A DNA stretch of 64,000 bases, taken from contig JADIIX010000049.1 of assembly GCA_027604505.1 (NCBI GenBank), positions 1-64,000 on the forward strand, read 5' to 3'. Made by a program: the position numbers and the translations under genes. The notes beneath the pieces were generated by a model that was given only the letters and a program-made list of their open reading frames with translations, made no database searches and had not been told where the DNA came from. Positions 61,537 through 64,000 of this stretch are shown here, piece by piece. This DNA comes from Gonapodya sp. JEL0774 (taxonomy: Eukaryota). Each line of letters begins with the position of its first letter. Positions within the stretch are counted from its first letter, which is position 1.

Positions 61537-61836
61537 ATAAAAAAATGTGAATACTCGACGCAAAGATATACACATGTTGACCACAGTCAGTTTTGCCGGC
61601 AGCATATTTTTGCCGTTGAGCACGAAGACTGCGTCGATCCGGTATTCGACATACTTTCAAAGCTCATCCACGGATCTCTGCATTATTCAAATCGTTCCAG
61701 GACTTAGAAAAGAGGTGGAGAATACCAGCTTTCTCGGTAATCAGTGAGCTCCACAGTGGGACCGCATCTTCAGCCTTGAATGGAATCCTCTGATTCGCAA
61801 GATTGTGAACTCTGAATCAATTGAACGATATCTCGG

Positions 61837-64000
61837 ATGTTGGAGGGACTGCTGACTTCGGTTTTGAACAGGGTAGGGTGTTGCGCGGTTGGATTTCTCG
61901 GTAATAGTGACGCATCCCTTCGTTCTCATCAAGGTTGTCGGAGAATATGGTGCAGTAAACCTGCAATTGCTTCCTCTTTCGCGAAGCGACGTGTTTATCT
62001 GGCTGGTAAATCCCTTTTCAAGTCGAGAACCTGGATCCACAGCAGCTCAATGTTGCAGTGTGGAGTGGAGACGTTGTTCTGAAAAACTTGAGATTGAAGA
62101 GGGAGGCTTTGGATAAATTCCAGATACCGATCGATGTTGTTGAAGGTGTGTTTGGTGTTTTAAAGGAATTTGCTAATATTTTGCGCAAATTCTTTTTAAA
62201 TTCGCAACAATCAGGCCATGTTGGGGAGCTTACCATGCAAATTCCGTGGTCAGATTTGAGGGGTTCTCCAGTTAAAATCCTGCTGAGGGAGGTGTCAGTC
62301 CTTGCTGGACCGAAGGCGGAAGCGGACGTGAGTGGCGGCGATGCGAGAATCATTGTTGCGGCCGCGAATATATGAATGATGGCGTTCGGTTCAAAGTACG
62401 ATCCTGCAGTGGAGGAAGAGCGCAATCAGACAACAAAGCAGCAAAGGTTGAAGGCAATGGAGGCCATCTCTGCCCCCAGTACTTTAGCTAGTGAGAGACT
62501 ACGTTCCTCGGGAATAGCACTGACAAGACTGGTGCTAAAATTCTGTTTGGCGCTTTGGCTCAGCTGACACGCCGGAAACGCAGACATTCCTTACGCAACT
62601 TACGACAAAGATCATCGATAACCTTCAGTTCACTTTCACGGACATCCACATTCGTTACGAGGACCGCTCAACTAATGTAAACCACGTGAGTTCCTTTGCT
62701 GCGGTGAGGGTCTGGGAGGGAATAGATGAAGATGGTTTCGCATCATTTTCTCATTCTCGACACCCACACCCACCACTTGGAGCCTTTCGGATTTGGAGTC
62801 ATGTTGAAGGAACTGACAGCTGTTTCCACGGACGAGAATGGCAAAGTGGCGTTTGTTCAGAAAGCTGAGATCATCCATAAGCTACTTAACTTAAAGTGCT
62901 TGGCAATTTACTTCAACACTTCTTTGGGTGCTCCGGGGTTTGAGGATACAGGTCGAGAACAGCTTTTGGGCCTTGCCCCAGAAATTCTACGGTCAAAGCT
63001 CCGAGCATTGGTGAGAATCGAACGTCTCCACAAAGAAGTTTGTTCGTTTGTATGCCATAACCTCTGATCCAACAGATTGCATCACCGGAGATCGACACCA
63101 GCAACCAATATATACTGCGGCCTGTGTCTGGAGTCGGCCGAATGCACATCAAGAAGAACCAGTACAAACAAGATGGAAACACAAATGACGTTGATTTGGA
63201 TTTTGACGACTTTACTCTCGTACTGGACGATGAACAATACAGAAACGCATTTATGCTACTTGGAGCTTTCTCGGCGTACTCGAGATCACAAAAGTACCGA
63301 AGATTTCGACCACCACATGTCCACACCCCAAAAACGAATCCACTCGAGTGGTTGAGATACGCAGGCAACTCTGTTTTATCTGACATTCAGGACCGGAATA
63401 CCCGTTGGACCTGGAAACATATGGAAGAGCGCCGGCAAGATAGGCTAGCATATGTCAAACTCTGGAAGGAACATCAAAAAGAGCTCAGATCTCTCGTGAA
63501 TCGAAATCCTGGTGCGATTCCATCCGGCGAGCAGCAACTGGCACTCGCCGAGCTTGAAAGAAAGCTGTCGTTTGAGGATATTCGATTTTATCGGAGTATT
63601 GCCATGTTGGAACTCAATAAAGAAGGGAAAGGCATGTAAATCCACAGGCATATTTCTGTCTATTACCCTGAATATCCACGTGACTCTCACTTGTGTCCGC
63701 CTTCTCTAGAATCGAAAGTTGCAGGAGAAGACAACCTATCGCATCCAGAGTCGAAGGCAAAGGAGTCGCAGACCCCGGTATCATTACCATCTGCCACTTT
63801 GAATGTTGAAAGTCCTTCTACGGGGATTGGATTTGGTTGGATGTCATCTTGGTGGTCCGCAACCCCAGCCCCGAGTGCGGCCGCTCAGTCAACGGTAGAT
63901 AAGGTCATAAGTTTTCTTCCTTGTTGAACTGAAAATTAGCTTGTCTCAATATTTCCAGAGCGTCACTCCAGTTTCTACGAGTCCTCAGATTGCCAAGGAT
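61837..64000 (+). CDS. VPS13: Vacuolar protein sorting 13, N-terminal chorein region (continues beyond the window)
   Basis: MLEGLLTSVLNR, VWSGDVVLKNLRLKREALDK, GELTMQIPW, KIIDNLQ..FTDIHIRYED, YILRPVSG and EWLRYAG. Confidence 0.95.

Overview
Gene-dense, intron-rich eukaryotic DNA. The centriole/axoneme genes (CEP83-like, RSPH10B-like) together with fungal-type housekeeping genes point to a flagellated, early-diverging fungus; this taxonomic placement is inference. Conserved genes recognised: RRS1, KEL3/KLHDC4, IMP4, SWD1/RBBP5, bL28m, EMC7, ATP12, RBM22/SLT11, NBP35, HIT1/ZNHIT3, RPL15, DPM2 and the 5' part of VPS13. Enzymes and transporters: a DHA1-type MFS transporter, an atypical lipoxygenase, WS/DGAT, a BBE/AA7-type FAD oxidase, one GT32 and two GT31 glycosyltransferases, and a DUF4419 protein. 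Main points of interest: (1) a six-copy family of small secreted proteins with conserved Cys-bearing ends, a shared intron and a hypervariable core, four copies of which are decayed; (2) a divergent MFS/lipoxygenase cassette with a tandem duplicate collapsed by an internal deletion; (3) a shared CTGTGGTCAC motif in very short bidirectional promoters; (4) a structured ~150-bp intronic repeat family with a covarying hairpin; (5) GC skew that flips in phase with splice sites; (6) a frameshifted viral/MGE-type Prim-Pol relic in an accessory island at ~41.5-52.3 kb. Exon boundaries were read by eye and are approximate.
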